Below, piece after piece: positions 21,082 to 33,919 of a stretch of 43,697 nucleotides of DNA. The DNA is from Chiloscyllium plagiosum. Taxonomy: Eukaryota. The position numbers were made by a program, and so were the translations under genes. How positions within the stretch are numbered: the first letter of the stretch is position 1; each line of letters opens with the position of its first letter. The notes under the pieces are model-generated. The model saw only the letters and a list, made by a program, of their open reading frames with translations. It made no database searches and had not been told where the DNA came from. Where the stretch lies: positions 11,491,179-11,534,875 of the forward strand of contig NC_057753.1 in NCBI RefSeq assembly GCF_004010195.1. Reading direction: 5' to 3'.

Positions 21082-23972
21082 TAGAACATAGAACATTACA
21101 GCGCAGTACAGGCCCTCGATGTTGTGCCGACCTGTGAAACCAGTCTGAAGCGCTCCTAACCTACACTATTCCATGTATGTCCATAGTCTTGCCCAATGAC
21201 GACTTAAATGTACTTAAAGTTGGCGAATCTACTACCGTTGCAGGCAAAGCATTCCATACCCTTACTACTCTCTGAGTAAAAAAACTACCTCGGACATCTG
21301 TCCTATATCTGTCACCCCTCAATTTAAAGCTATACCCCCTCGTGCTCGCCGTCACCATACTTGTAAAAAGGCTCTCCCTATCCACCCTATCTAACTCTCT
21401 GATTATTAGATTAGATTAGATTAGATTAGATTAGATTACTTACAGTGTGGAAACAGGCCCTTCGGCCCAACAAGCCTTTCCAAAGCTTCCACATCCTTCT
21501 TATAATGCAGTGACCAGAACTGTACACAATACTCCACAATGCGGCCGCACCCAGAGTTTTGTACAGGTGCAGCATAACCTCATGGTTCCGGAAATCGATC
21601 CCTCTATTAATAAAAGGCAAACACTGTATGCCTTCTTAACAACCCTGTCAACCTGGGTGGCAACTTTCAAGGATCTGTGTACATGGACACCGAGATCCCT
21701 CTGCTCATCTACACTACCAAGAATCTTACCATTAGCCNNNNNNNNNNNNNNNNNNNNNNNNNNNNNNNNNNNNNNNNNNNNNNNNNNNNNNNNNNNNNNN
21801 NNNNNNNNNNNNNNNNNNNNNNNNNNNNNNNNNNNNNNNNNNNNNNNNNNNNNNNNNNNNNNNNNNNNNNNNNNNNNNNNNNNNNNNNNNNNNNNNNNNN
21901 NNNNNNNNNNNNNNNNNNNNNNNNNNNNNNNNNNNNNNNNNNNNNNNNNNNNNNNNNNNNNNNNNNNNNNNNNNNNNNNNNNNNNNNNNNNNNNNNNNNN
22001 NNNNNNNNNNNNNNNNNNNNNNNNNNNNNNNNNNNNNNNNNNNNNNNNNNNNNNNCCACCACCCTCTGTCTTCTTTCAGCAAGCCAATTACTGATCCAAA
22101 CTGCTATATCTCCCACAATCCCATTCCTCCACTTTTTGTACAATAGCCTACTGTGGGAAATCTTATCGAAAGCCTTGCTGAAATCCATATACGCCACATC
22201 AACCGGTTTACTCTCATCTACCTGTTTGGTCACCTTCTCAAAGAATGCAATAAGTTTTGTGAGGCATTACCTATCCTTCACAAAACCGTGCTGACTATCC
22301 CTAATCAAATTATTATTTTCTAGATGATTATAAATCCTATCTCATATAACCTTTTCCAACACTTTACCAACAACCAAAGTCAGGCTCACTGGTCTATAAT
22401 TACCAGGGTTGTCTCTACTCCCCTTCTTGAATGGGGGAACCACATTTGCTATCTTCCAGTCCTCAGGCACTATTCCTGTAGACAATGACGATTTAAAGAT
22501 CAATGCCAAAGGCTCGGCAATCTCCTCCCTGGCTTCCCAGAGGATCCCAGGATAAATCCCATCCGGCCCAGGGGACTTATCTATTTTCACACTCTGCAGG
22601 ATTTCTAATACCTCTTCCTTGTGAACCTCAATCCCACCTAGTCTAGTAGCCTGTATCTCAGTATTCTCCTTAACAACATTGTCGTTTTCTAGAATGAATA
22701 CTGTCAAAAAATATTCATTTAGTGCTTCCCCTATCTTCTCTAACTCCACACACAACTTCCCACTACTATTCTTGATTGGCCCTAATCTTACTCTCATCAT
22801 TCTTTTATTCCTTAAATACCAATAGAAAGCCTTAGGGTTAACCCTGATCTTATCCGCCAACAACTTCTCATGTCTCCTCCTGGCTCTCCTGAGCTCTCTT
22901 TAGATCTTTCCTGGCACCTTCTAACCCTCAAGCGCCCTAACTGAGCCTTCACATCTCATCCTAACATAAGCCTTCTTCTTCCTCTTGACCAGAGATTCCA
23001 CTTCCTTCGTAAACCACGGCTCCCGCGCTCTACAGCTTCCTCCCTGCCTGACAGGTACATACTTATTTAGGACACACAGGAGCTTTTCCTTGGATAAGCT
23101 CCACATTTCTAATGTGCCCATCCCCTGCAGTTTCCTTCCCCATCCTATGCTTCCTAAATCTTGCCTAATTGCATTGTAATTGCCTTTCCCCCAGTAGTAA
23201 CTCTTGCCCAGTGGTATACACCTATCCCTTTCTATTACTAAAGTAAACGTAACAGAATTGTGATCGCTATCACCAAAGTGCTCACCTACTTCCAAGTCTA
23301 ACACCTGGCCGGGCTCATTACCCAGTACCAAATCTAATGTGGCTTCGCCCCTTGTTGGCCTGTCTACATACTGTGTCAGGAAGCCCTCCTGCATACACTG
23401 GTCAAAAACTGACCCAACCCATCTATAGTACTCGTACTATAGTGTTCCCAGTCAATATTTGGAAAGTTGAAGTCCCCCATGACAACTACCCTGTCTCTCT
23501 CACTCCTATCGAGAATCATCTTTGCTATCTTTTCCTCTACATCTCTGGAACTATTCGGAGGCTTATAGAAGGGTGACCTCTCCTTTCCTGTTTCTAACCT
23601 CAGCCCATACTACCTCAGTTGATGAGTCCCCAAGCATCCTTTTTGCAACTGTAATGCTGTCCTTGACCAACAATGCCACATCTCCCCCTCTTTTACCATC
23701 TTCTCTGTTCTTACTGAAACATCTAAATCCTGGAACCTGCAACAACCATTTGTGTCCCTGCTCTATCCATGTCTCCGAAATGGCCACAACATCGAAGTCC
23801 CAGGTACCAACCCATGCTCCAAGTTCACCCACTTTATTCCGGATGCTTCTGGCATTGAAGTAGACACACTTCAAACCAACATCTTGCTTGCCGTTCAGAT
23901 GTAGACCATCTTGGTTGTAGAGGTCTCACCTACCCCCGAAAGAGCCCCAATTATCCAAGAATCCAAAACCCT
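21082..23972 (-). mobile_element. Long decayed CR1 LINE (ORF1 esterase end, ORF2 APE endonuclease and RT, 3' tail)
   Basis: ORF1 FLDNWGSF..DLYNQDGLHLN (23890-23972); CVYFNARSIRNK..DVVAISETW; DSDHN; KSPGPDGI; NYRPVSLT; VDVAYMDFSKAFDK; multiple frameshifts; (TAGAACA)n tail. Confidence 0.92.
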
Positions 23973-24174
23973 TCTTCACTATCCTGAGGAAATGCAAGGA
24001 TTACTTGCCCTAAGAAGACAATAGTACAACTATTGCAGAGATGCCCCAATGATGCTGCTGTCTGTATTCTCGGAGGTTCTGACCCCGACAGTGAATAAGA
24101 ATACAGTATAACCAGTTCAAAGGCACTTGGAGTTGATGCATTCCCATCCTGAACTTCATATTACGTGTAAGCTG

Positions 24175-24375
24175 CTGTTATGGACTAGGCCAGACCACTC
24201 AAAACGTTCTTAAGCAGGCAGCCCAGACTGTAACTTTGCAATTTGTTTCGGCAAAGTGCACAGTGAAAATTACCCAGAGTAAGTTAGCTAGGTTGACTAC
24301 CTAGGTTTTAAAACAGACAAAGGTTTATTCATAGTACAGTACAGAGGTACAGTACACCTTACACCTTCATAAGAC
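24175..24375 (-). mobile_element. Internally deleted LTR-like fragment
   Basis: Starts TGTTATG; ends TACAGTACACCTTACACCTTCATAA, similar to the end of 4247-5169. Confidence 0.4.
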
Positions 24376-24377
24376 AA

Positions 24378-24775
24378 CTGTGTGGAGTTAGCACATTCTC
24401 CCTATGTCTGCGGGTGTTTCCTCTGGTTGCTCAGGTTTCCTCACACAGTCCAAAGATGTGTAATGTGTAGGTTAAGGTGGATTGGTCATGCTAAATTGTC
24501 CCATGGTGCCCAGGGATGTGTAGTTTAGTGTGGATTGGCCATGCTAAATTACCCATAGTACCCAGGGATGTGCAGGTTAGGGTGGATTGACTATGCTAAA
24601 TTATCTATAGTGCCCAGGCTTATGTAGGTTAGAGTGGATTGGCCGTGCTAAATTACGCATAGTGTCCAGGGATGTGTGGGTTGGGTGTATTAGTCAGGGG
24701 AAATGAATCATAATAGGTAGGGGAATGGGTCGGTGTGGACTTGTTGGGCCAAGTGGCCTGATTCCGCACTTGTAG
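24378..24775 (+). mobile_element. 5'-truncated HE1-type SINE with a ~50-bp tandem expansion
   Basis: Four copies of GTGGATTGGCCATGCTAAATTACCCATAGTGCCCAGGGATGTG. Confidence 0.75.
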
Positions 24776-26096
24776 ATGTTCAGGATGATGAATGGCTTGT
24801 AAAGGAACTTTCAGGTGGCAGCGTTCCCAAACGTTGCCCTCATCAGGTATGGATTTGCAAGGCACTTCCAAAGCAGCCTTGGTGGCCCTCCCGTAACAGG
24901 CATCAGCGGTGGAGAGAATGATTGTTTGGGGTTGGCGGGTGGGCCACTAATCAGAGTGAGCTTCTTTGATCTGGACGGCATTGAGCCCTCTTGGACGTTG
25001 TTGAAACCGCAATCATCCAAGTGACTGGAGAGCATTCCCTGACTTGTGCCTTGTCGATGGCAGACAAGGTCTGGGAAGTCAAGAGACAAGCTACGTGTGG
25101 TATTCGCAACCTCGGACTCCACCTGAAGGAACTCCTGCAGCAATGTCCCAGAACGGAGATGATCGCATCCCCAACCACCATCTTCCTCTGTGCTGGGTAC
25201 GACTCCAGCCAGCGGGCAGTTTTCTAACAAATCCCAGTAGCTTCGACTTCACTCAGGTTCTTTGATACTGCACCAAGATTAATGCTCATCGACGCCAAAG
25301 GCAGCTTCGCTGAACTCGCCTCAAAGTCAAAAGAAAACGTTTCCAGTTCTGGCTCAACCTGAAACCGAGGATTGGAGAACGGAGTAACAAACAAATCCAG
25401 TCTGGAATTCAAGAGAAACTCCCTTCACTCGGAATGGTTAGTATGCGGAACTCCCAAGCATCACGTAATTGAGTCAAGTAACATGGATGCATTAAATAGG
25501 AAGCTAGGCGCAGACATGAGAGACAAAGGCAGGAGGATTGCGTGCTGCAGAATTTGATGAAGCAGGGAGACTCGTTTGGAATATAAACTCTAATGAAGCT
25601 CTGTTGGCCCAGTGGTCTAGTTCTCTGCCAAAATCTTGATTTTGTTTTAACTTCAATCACCATCACATGCTAATTGCTGCATTTCTGTATGTCCTCAGGT
25701 CAATAATTTGCCTTATCCCTCCTCCCATACAAGTTTTTCACTGTTGATATGGTGCAGCAGAACCTGAGGGGACACACAAGGCCAACAAAGGAGGCTTAGC
25801 ATTCCTTAAGATACTTTTTCACATCCTTTGTACGTTCTAGTTCAGCTTTTACTTGTCATTGCTTGACATAGTCGCAGACCATGATTGAAAAGTGAAACTA
25901 CCACGCTGATAGGTGTACATAACATATTGATTGTTTAACCATGTATTGATTGTTTAAGCAGTGCTATGGTGTAAAGTGATAGCCCGGGTGTCTCTGGAGA
26001 AGGAGCACGTGGTGTCCACCAACACCCTCGAGCTGTTCAGGGAGAGGTGGGAACCGCGGGGAGTGGAGTGCATTATTTCCCCCTCCAACTCCCCCG

Positions 26097-26400
26097 GGCA
26101 GCACAGTGGTTAGCACTGCTGGCTCACAGCACCAGGGACCTGGGTTCAGTTCCCGCCTCGGGTGACTGTCTGTGTGGAGTTTGCACGTTCTCCCCATGTC
26201 TGTGTGGGTTTCCTCCGGGTGCTGCGGTTTCCTCCCACAGTCCAAAGATATGCAGGTCAGGTGGATTGGCCATGGGAAATTGCCCGTCGTGTTAGGTGGA
26301 TTCGTCAGGGGTAAATATTGGGGGGTAGGTTTCTCTTTGGAGGGTCGGTATGGACTTGTTGGGCCGAAGGGCTTGTTTCCACACTGTAGGTAATCTAAAA
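26097..26400 (+). mobile_element. HE1-type SINE
   Basis: GGCAGCACAGTGGTTAGCAC head; GTTTCCACACTGTAGGTAATCT tail. Confidence 0.85.
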
Positions 26401-26924
26401 AAAAATTCTATTTTGATTTAATCCCTGCCCTCCCCTTCACTGTTTGATCACACAGCACTGTTTGTCACTGGCCACTTGGGTGTTTCTTTTCTTCCTGGAG
26501 GTGGGAATTGAATCAAGATTTGTGCACCTTGTGTCTTTCACTGTGTCTCATACCTGCAAACACACAACAAGGGTGCGGGGAGAAAAATAAGCACTACCGC
26601 AGTTAGGCGGTAGTGTGGGGGGGTAAAAAAAGAAAAAAAAACAGGAGTGTCAGAGGTTCTGTTCACTCTAAAATAAAGCGATAGAGATGGAAAAATTGGG
26701 AGAATGCAACCGGGTCTCTACAGGAAGCAGGGAGTGGGGATGCACAGCCCAAGTAACCGCCAGGCTCGGTGGATACGTAGCAGATTTCGATGGCCAGCCC
26801 ATCATCAGAAATGGAAGCTGAGATGTTGAGAAAGGGAATTGATAAGTCAGTGATGGACCCGGCGAAGGTTACAACAAGACAGAAATCAAAAACTGTCTTA
26901 AGTTTTCAAATTCTAAGGGACAGC

Positions 26925-27025
26925 AGGAAGCAGGGCTTTTGCCCGAAATGTCGATTTTCCTGCTCCTTGGATGCTGCCTGACTTGCTGTGCTTTTCCAGC
27001 ACCACTCTAAATCTCGACTCTGATC
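26925..27025 (+). mobile_element. Family A single-arm fragment
   Basis: AGGGCTTTTGCCCGAAATGTCGATTTTCCTGCTCC...; begins at stem II. Confidence 0.75.
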
Positions 27026-27492
27026 ACTAGAGTGAGTGAGATGTCTTCCCAAGAAAGATTGCATGAGCCACGAGTAGTGTTAGACTGAAAGGACTGAATG
27101 GGTACTTGAAGGCCTGATCAAAACGATTCCAAACAGAAATGTGTGCTCCAAAACAGAGCAACTTTATTCACTGAATCTACTTTAGGTACACGCAAACTAA
27201 TGAATGACTGTATCAGCTTAAAAGACTTTTGATACAGTCAACAAGTGAGTCTCACTGCCTTGTCGTCACATCGGGGTCTCCTGGGTGATGGCTGTCACTT
27301 TCAGCTCTATCTCCATTCCCATGATCTGGTCTCTCAAACCCCAGTCTGATAGTGAAGGTCTCTCAAGCTGGGAAAAGTCCCCATTGTTAATACTGTTCTG
27401 ATTTGGATATGACATGCTGTATTGCAGTCCCTGAGTACCTTTCCCACTCATTCCACAAACAGGTGGATGTGTCTCTGTGTCTTTGGACAACA

Positions 27493-28371
27493 GTCTGTTC
27501 CCAAGACCAGCCAAGGTCATTGCAGTTACCGTACAACCAGAACGGCCCGTGTTTACCCAAAACCTGTTTCTCACATATTCTCCTTTCAATTGCTTATTGC
27601 CATGCACAATTAACCCTTAACAATCTGGGCTGGAGACATTTTCCTCCCTCATTGACACAAGGCTTGATCACGTGGAATCCAGGGAGAGCTAGCCAATGGG
27701 ACACAAAATTAGCCTGACGGTAGGAGACCGAGGATGGTGGTGGACGACTGGTACTCAGGCTGAGTGCTGAGAGAACCTGAGGACTGCAGATGCTGGAGGT
27801 CAGAGTCGAAAAGTGTGGTGCTGGAAAAACACAGCAGGTCTGGCAGCATCTGAGGAGCAGGAGAGTCGAGATTTCAGGCATAAGCCCTTCATCAGGAATG
27901 TGATGAAGGTCTTATGCCCGAAACGTCGGCTCTCCGTCTGTTCCCAAGACCAGCCAAGGTCATTACCGTACAACCAGAACGGCCCGTGTTTACCCAAAAC
28001 CTGTTTCTCACATATTCCCCTTTCAATTGCTTATTGCCATGCACTATTAACCCTTAACAATCTGGGCTGGAGACATTTTCCTCCCTCATTGACACAAGGC
28101 TCGATCACGTGGAATCCAGGGAGAGCTAGCCAATGGGGCACAAAATTAGCCTGACGGTAGGAGACCGAGGATAGTGGTGGACGACTGGTACTCAGGCTGA
28201 GTGCTGAGAGAACCTGAGGACTGCAGATGCTGGAGATCAGAGTCGAAAAGTGTGGCGCTGGAAAAGCACAACAGGTCTGGCAGCATCTGAGGAGCAGGAG
28301 AGTCGAGATTTCAGGCATAAGCCCTTCATCAGGAATGTGATGAAGGTCTTATGCCCGAAACGTCGGCTCTC
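27493..28371. repeat. Two-copy tandem duplication, about 440 bp
   Basis: 27493-27935 repeated at 27936-28371 with a few SNPs and a 6-bp indel. Confidence 0.9.
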
Positions 28372-28428
28372 CTGCTCCTCAGAGGCTGCCGGACCTGCTG
28401 TGCTTTTCCAGCGCCACACGTTTCGACT
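28205..28428. mobile_element. Family A fold-back element (older subfamily); partial duplicate at 27768-27935
   Basis: Inverted arms centred near 28337; degenerate TSD ACTCAGGCTGA/ACTCAGATTGA; empty paralogous site at about 35398-35422. Confidence 0.85.
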
Positions 28429-28849
28429 CAGATTGAAGGCCTGTGACCAGCGGTGTGCCGCATGGTTTGGTTCTAGATCCACTGTATTTCAACATGCATA
28501 TAAATTATTTGGATGGGACTAGTTGGTTATAAAGTTTGCAGATGACACCAAATTTGGTGGTCTAGTTTAAGAGGAAGGAGGTTATCTGAGAGTACAATGG
28601 AATAAGCTGGGCAAAGGAATGGCAGATAGAGTATTGCTGAACAAAGAGACCTTGGAGTGTAGGTTCATAGCTCCTTGAAAATGGAGTCGCAGGTAGATAG
28701 GACAGCAAAGGAGACATTTGGTATGCTTTCCTTTATTGTTCAGAGTATTGAGTACAGGAGTTGGATTGGGATATCTGGTTGGCATGGACGAGATGGACCG
28801 AAGGGTCTGTTTCTGTGCTGTACATCTCTATGGAGTTTAATTTAGATTT

Positions 28850-29085
28850 TTAAAATTCATTTGTGGGACTTGGGCATCACTGGCTGGGCCAGCATTGATA
28901 GCCCATCCCTATTTGCCCCAGAGAAGGTGGGGGTGAGCTGCCTTCTTGAATCGCTGCAGTCCACTTGCTCTGGGTTGACCCACAATGCCGGTAGGGAGGG
29001 AATTCCAAGGCATTCCAGGATTTTGACCCAATGATTGTGAAGGAACACCAAGTCAGAGTGGTGAGCAGCTTGGAGGGGATCTTGC
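28850..29085 (-). mobile_element. LINE 3' end sharing its tail with the SINE at 5703-6040
   Basis: Minus strand GGCAAATAGGGATGGGCTATCAATGCTGGCCCAGCCAGTGATGCCCAAGTCCCACAAATGAAT. Confidence 0.6.
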
Positions 29086-29807
29086 AAATAAAGGCAAGAT
29101 GTTGCATTTTTCTAAGACAAACCAAGGGAGGACTTACACAAGTGGGGAGTGTTGTCAAACAGAGAGAGACGATGGGGTGCAGGCACATAGGTCCTTGAAA
29201 GTAGCGTCACAGGTAGACAAGGTGCTGCAGAAGGCGTTTGGTACACTTTCCCTCATCGGTGCGAGCATTGAGTATAGAGTTGGGACATTGTGCTATGGCT
29301 GCACAAGACATTGGTAAAGCCACCGTTGGAGCACCGCATATAAATCTGGTCGCAATGTTATAGAAAGGCTATTATTCAACTACAAAGTATACAATAAAGA
29401 TTTGAAAGATGTTACTGAGGCTGGAGTGTTGGAGTTATAAGGACAGGCTGCACAGACTGGGACTTCTTTGCCTGGAGCATGGGGTAAACTTATAAAGGTT
29501 TCAAAAACCATGACGTGCATAGAAAGGGTGAACAGCCAAAGGCAGGGGAGTCCAAAACTAGAGGGCATAGGTTTAAAGTGAGATGGGAAAGATTTAAAAG
29601 GGGCCTGAGGGGCAGCGTTTTCATGGAGAGGGTGGTTCATATATGGAATCAGCTGCCAAGGAAGTCATAAAGTCATAACGCACAGAAACAGACCCTTCGG
29701 TCCAACCAGTCCATGCTGAACATAATCTCAAACTAAACTAGTCCCACCTGCCTGCTCCTAGCCCATATATACTGGAGTTGAGAAGTCATATTGAAGTTGT
29801 ACAGGAC

Positions 29808-30237
29808 ATTCTCCCCATGTTTGCATGGGTTTCCTCCAGGAGCTCCGGTTTCCTCCCACAGTCCAAAGATGTGCAGGTTAGGTGAACTGGCCACGCTAAT
29901 TTGCCCGTAGTGTTAGGTGCAGGGGTAAATGTAGGGGAATGGGTCTGGGTGGGTTGCTCTTCGGAAGGCCGGTGTGGACTTGGTGGGCCAAAAGGGCTTG
30001 TTTCCACACTGTAGGGAATCTAATCTGATCTAATCTTTCCGATTCATGTATCTATCCAAACATTGTAATCCAACGTTACAATAAATGTAGGGGAATGGGT
30101 CTGGGTGGGTTGCTCTTCGGAAGGCCAGTGTCGACTTGGTGGGCCGAAGGGCTTGTTTCCACACTGTAGGGAATCTAATCTGATCTAATCTTTCCGATTC
30201 ATGTATCTATCCAAACATTGTAATCCAACGTTACAAA
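29808..30237 (+). mobile_element. HE1-type SINE fragment with a 156-bp duplicated tail
   Basis: SINE body and AATCT tail; 29926-30081 repeated at 30082-30237. Confidence 0.8.
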
Positions 30238-31419
30238 AATGTTGTAATTGTACCCGCATCCACCACTTTCTCACTCGCGAACCATCCTCTGAGCAAAACA
30301 TTTGCCATTCCGGTCTTATTTAAATCTCTCACCTTAAAAACGCTCTCCCAAACTGAAATTCCCCCATTCTCGGGAAAACACAAGAACAACCAACTCTATC
30401 TATACCTCTCATCATTCTATCAACTTCTATCAGATCGCCTCTCAAGCACTTGTACACTCCAGTGAAAAAAGTTTCAGCCTGTCCAGCCACACTTTTTAAC
30501 TCATAACTTCAAAATCAAGCAACATCCTGGTAAATCTCTTCTGAACCCATCTCCAGCTTGACAAAATCCTTCCAAACACCAGGTGACCAGAACTGGACAC
30601 AGTACTCCAGATGAAGCCTCACCAGTACCCTGTACAACCTCAACATAACTTCTCAACTCCTGTATTCAAAGGACAGACCAATGAAGGCAGTGGTAGAGAT
30701 GGATACAGTTAGACCATTTAAAAGGCATCAGGACAGATATGTAGATTGGAAAGGTTTAGAGGGATATGGGTCAAATGCTGGCAAATAAGAATACATCCGT
30801 TGACTCATCATCTTTAGCCGTTTACTCAGCATGGGAAGGATATTTAACCTTGTGGGGAAATTTGGAATGACAGGTCATTGGATAAGGAGTAGCAGATTTC
30901 AAACAGATGTGGAGAAATTACTTAACTCAATAGGTCATTATTTCTTGAAATTCACTCCCCAGACTGGTCTGGATGATAGAACATGGAGTACATTTAAGGA
31001 GGAGATAGACAGATGTTTGATCAGAATAGGGTTGAAGGGTTATGGAGAGGAAGCAAGAAAGGGGAGTTGAAGCCGAGATACGATCAGCCTCGATGGTATT
31101 AAATGGTGGAATTGGCTCAATGGGCTGAATGGTGTACTCCTGCTCCCCGATGTCATGGTCTCACTGGGTTGACTTCTGATCTACCTGCAGTGGGAGGCAA
31201 ACTCTGTTTCCTAACCAGGATAAAGTAAATGTTGCTCATCAGCTTCTGGGGATCGTTTCAGAGGAAACGTGCAATCCCAGGCTAGGACAGCATCAGCCCC
31301 ACTGGAATTTTTTAAAAAACTCACACTGACCCTCCCACTTCACCCACTGTCCGAATGAACATGGTTCAGTCCTGGATGTGATTCTCAGCAGCAAGAATAG
31401 CAGAGTCCAATTGCTGTCT

Positions 31420-32766
31420 TCACTGATGAACTTTCTGGTGTCGCCTCAGCTTGCATGACTGGATAAATCCCCTCCCACACACAGAGCAGGTGAAAGGCTT
31501 CTCCCCAGTGTGAATTCGCTGATGTTTCAGCACAGCAGATGAATCCCGGAAAGCTTTCCCACACACGGTGCAGGGGAATGGTCTCTCCCCGGTGTGAATG
31601 CGCTGGTGGATCAACAGTCTGACCGACTGAGTGAATCCCTTCCCACACTCAGAGCAAGTAAACTGCCTCTCCCCGGTGTGAAGTTGCTGGTGTTTCTTGA
31701 GGCTACAGGAGTGAGCAAATCCCTTCCCACACTCAGAGCAGGTGAACGGCCTCTCCCGGGTGTGCACTCGCCGGTGCCTCCGCATGCTGCAGGGATCGCT
31801 GAAGGTTTCTCCACACACGGAGCAGGAGAACGGCCTCTCCCCGGTGTGAACCCGCTGGTGTGTCAGCAGCCTGGATAACGTACTGCATCCCTTCCCGCAC
31901 TCTGAGCAGGTGAACGGCCATTGCCCGGTGTGGGTTTGCTCGTGTTGCTGAAGGCTGCATAACCGAGTGAATCGCTTCCCACATACAGAGCAGGTGAATG
32001 GCCGCTCCCCGGTGTGAACTCTCTGATGTGACAGTAGTGAAGCAGAGTGAGCAAATCCCTTCCCGCACTCAGAGCAGGTGAATGGCCTCTCCCCGGTGTG
32101 AATTCGCTCATGTTTTCGAAGGCAGGATAACCGACTGAATCGCTTATCACACCCAAAGCAGGTGAATGGCTTCTCCCCGGTGTGAACTAGCTTGTGTGCC
32201 AGTAGGGAAGAGGAGTGCACAAATCCCTTCCCGCAGTCAGAGCAGGTGAACGGCCTCTCCCCGGTGTGCACTCGCTGATGTGACAGCAAGTGGAATGACT
32301 CTGTGAATCCCTTCCCACACTCGGAGCAAGTGAACGGCCTCTCCCCGGTGTGAACATGCTGGTGCGCCAGCAGTCTGGACGATGCACTGAATCCCTTCCC
32401 GCACTCGGAGCAGGTGAAAGGCCATTCCCCGGTGTGAATTCGCTCATGGTTTAGCAGGCTGGATGATCGACTGAATCCCTTCCCACACTTGAAGCAGATG
32501 AACGGCCTCTCCCCGGTGTGGACTCGCTTGTGCGCCACCAACAAAGAAGACTGAGTGAATCCCTTCCCACAATCGGAGCAAGTGAACGGCCTCTCCCCGG
32601 TGTGAACTCTCCGGTGTCTCTGCAGGTCGGAGAAATGAGTGAAACGCTTCCCACAGTCAGAGCAGGTGAAAGGCCTCTCCCCGGTGTGAACGCGTCGGTG
32701 AATCTCCAGGTCAGACGGATACCTGTACCGTTTCCCACAGTCCCCACACTGCCATGGCTTCTCCAC
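31420..32766 (-). CDS. Tandem C2H2 zinc-finger protein, 16 fingers; start uncertain (GTG at 32766, or upstream in-frame ATG at 33105/33120)
   Basis: Uninterrupted ORF with 16 CxxC-x12-HxxxH repeats and TGERPF linkers. Confidence 0.9.
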   Translation of the reverse strand: MEKPWQCGDCGKRYRYPSDLEIHRRVHTGERPFTCSDCGKRFTHFSDLQRHRRVHTGERPFTCSDCGKGFTQSSLLVAHKRVHTGERPFICFKCGKGFSRSSSLLNHERIHTGEWPFTCSECGKGFSASSRLLAHQHVHTGERPFTCSECGKGFTESFHLLSHQRVHTGERPFTCSDCGKGFVHSSSLLAHKLVHTGEKPFTCFGCDKRFSRLSCLRKHERIHTGERPFTCSECGKGFAHSASLLSHQRVHTGERPFTCSVCGKRFTRLCSLQQHEQTHTGQWPFTCSECGKGCSTLSRLLTHQRVHTGERPFSCSVCGETFSDPCSMRRHRRVHTRERPFTCSECGKGFAHSCSLKKHQQLHTGERQFTCSECGKGFTQSVRLLIHQRIHTGERPFPCTVCGKAFRDSSAVLKHQRIHTGEKPFTCSVCGRGFIQSCKLRRHQKVHQ

Positions 32767-32884
32767 GGTGCTGTTGTCCTTGTGTCCCTCCAGGTTGGAT
32801 GATGAACTGGAGCCTGAAGTGCCCACACACACAGAACCCCCTGATGGTGTCTCCTGGAGGAATGTTATTGCAGCAGCAGCAGCA

Positions 32885-33080
32885 ACAATAACTTCCGCAT
32901 TCACACAATAGACACGCTCTGATTGGCTGGAGGACCAGTGCGCTTCCGGTCCTCCAGCGCTGTCTATTGGACAGTCCGAATGCCGAGCTGTCGGGAGCCA
33001 GCCAATAGGAGCCGCGGCTGTTCCGGACAAAGGGCCTCGCGCTGCCCCCGTGCTGAGGGAGCTGGAGGAGGGGAGGGCAC
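32885..33080 (-). promoter_or_regulatory. CpG-rich promoter with CCAAT and ETS-type boxes
   Basis: ATTGG at 32922 and 32966, CCAAT at 33002; CGGAAG cores (ACTTCCG at 32891, CTTCCGG at 32943); GGGGAGGG tract. Confidence 0.65.
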
Positions 33081-33919
33081 TTTGCAACAAATCCCTTCCC
33101 TTCATTTTCCTCCAAGGCATGTGTTCACACAAAGCCCAGGGTTTCACTGTAACCTCACACTCACTGAAACTTCCTCATCTGTGAGCACAACACTCTCTGT
33201 TCCCGTTCTGGGGTTAAAATATTCAGGAACTGGAGGAAACGGAAGTGAATCCAGGGAGGGGGGCTGACTCTAGAAGGGTTGGTCTCGGTCTCTGTCGAAA
33301 GATAGTGACATTGCGTGCTCCCTGATCAAAATGAATACACGCAGAAATGTGCGATTCAACACAAAGCAACTTTATTCACTTAATTTGCTTTAGGCGCATG
33401 CAAAGTGACCCTATTCGCTTAGAAGACTTTTGATACCGTCATCAAGTTAGTCTCACTGCGTTGAGACTATCGGGGTCTCCTGGGTGACGGCTCACTGGGA
33501 GCTCGATTTCTGTTCCCACGATCTGTTCTCTCGAACCCCAGGCCGATGGTGAATGTCTCTCGAGCTGAGAAAAATACCCAATACTATTCTGAATTGGATA
33601 TGACGGGCTGCATTTCAGTCTCAGTACTTTTCCCACTTATTTCTCTATGCAAAAAATAACAGGTGCAGCTGTCTCTGTGCCTTCGTATGACAGTCTATTC
33701 CCAAGACCAACCAAAGTCATTGCAATTACCTTCCAGCCAGAACAGCCTGTGTTTACCTGAAGCCTATTTTTCACGTATTCTCCTCCAGACCCGAAGGGCT
33801 AAATGGCCTACTTCTGCACCTATTTCCTATTGTCTAATTGATTATTGTCGTGCCCAATGAAACCTTAGCAATCTGAGTTGAAGACATTTTGCTCCTTCAT
33901 TTGACACATGAATTGACAC

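Noticed and set aside
26592..26615. Helitron 3' hairpin or rho-independent terminator
   Set aside because: No CTRR end follows the hairpin, and the context is eukaryotic
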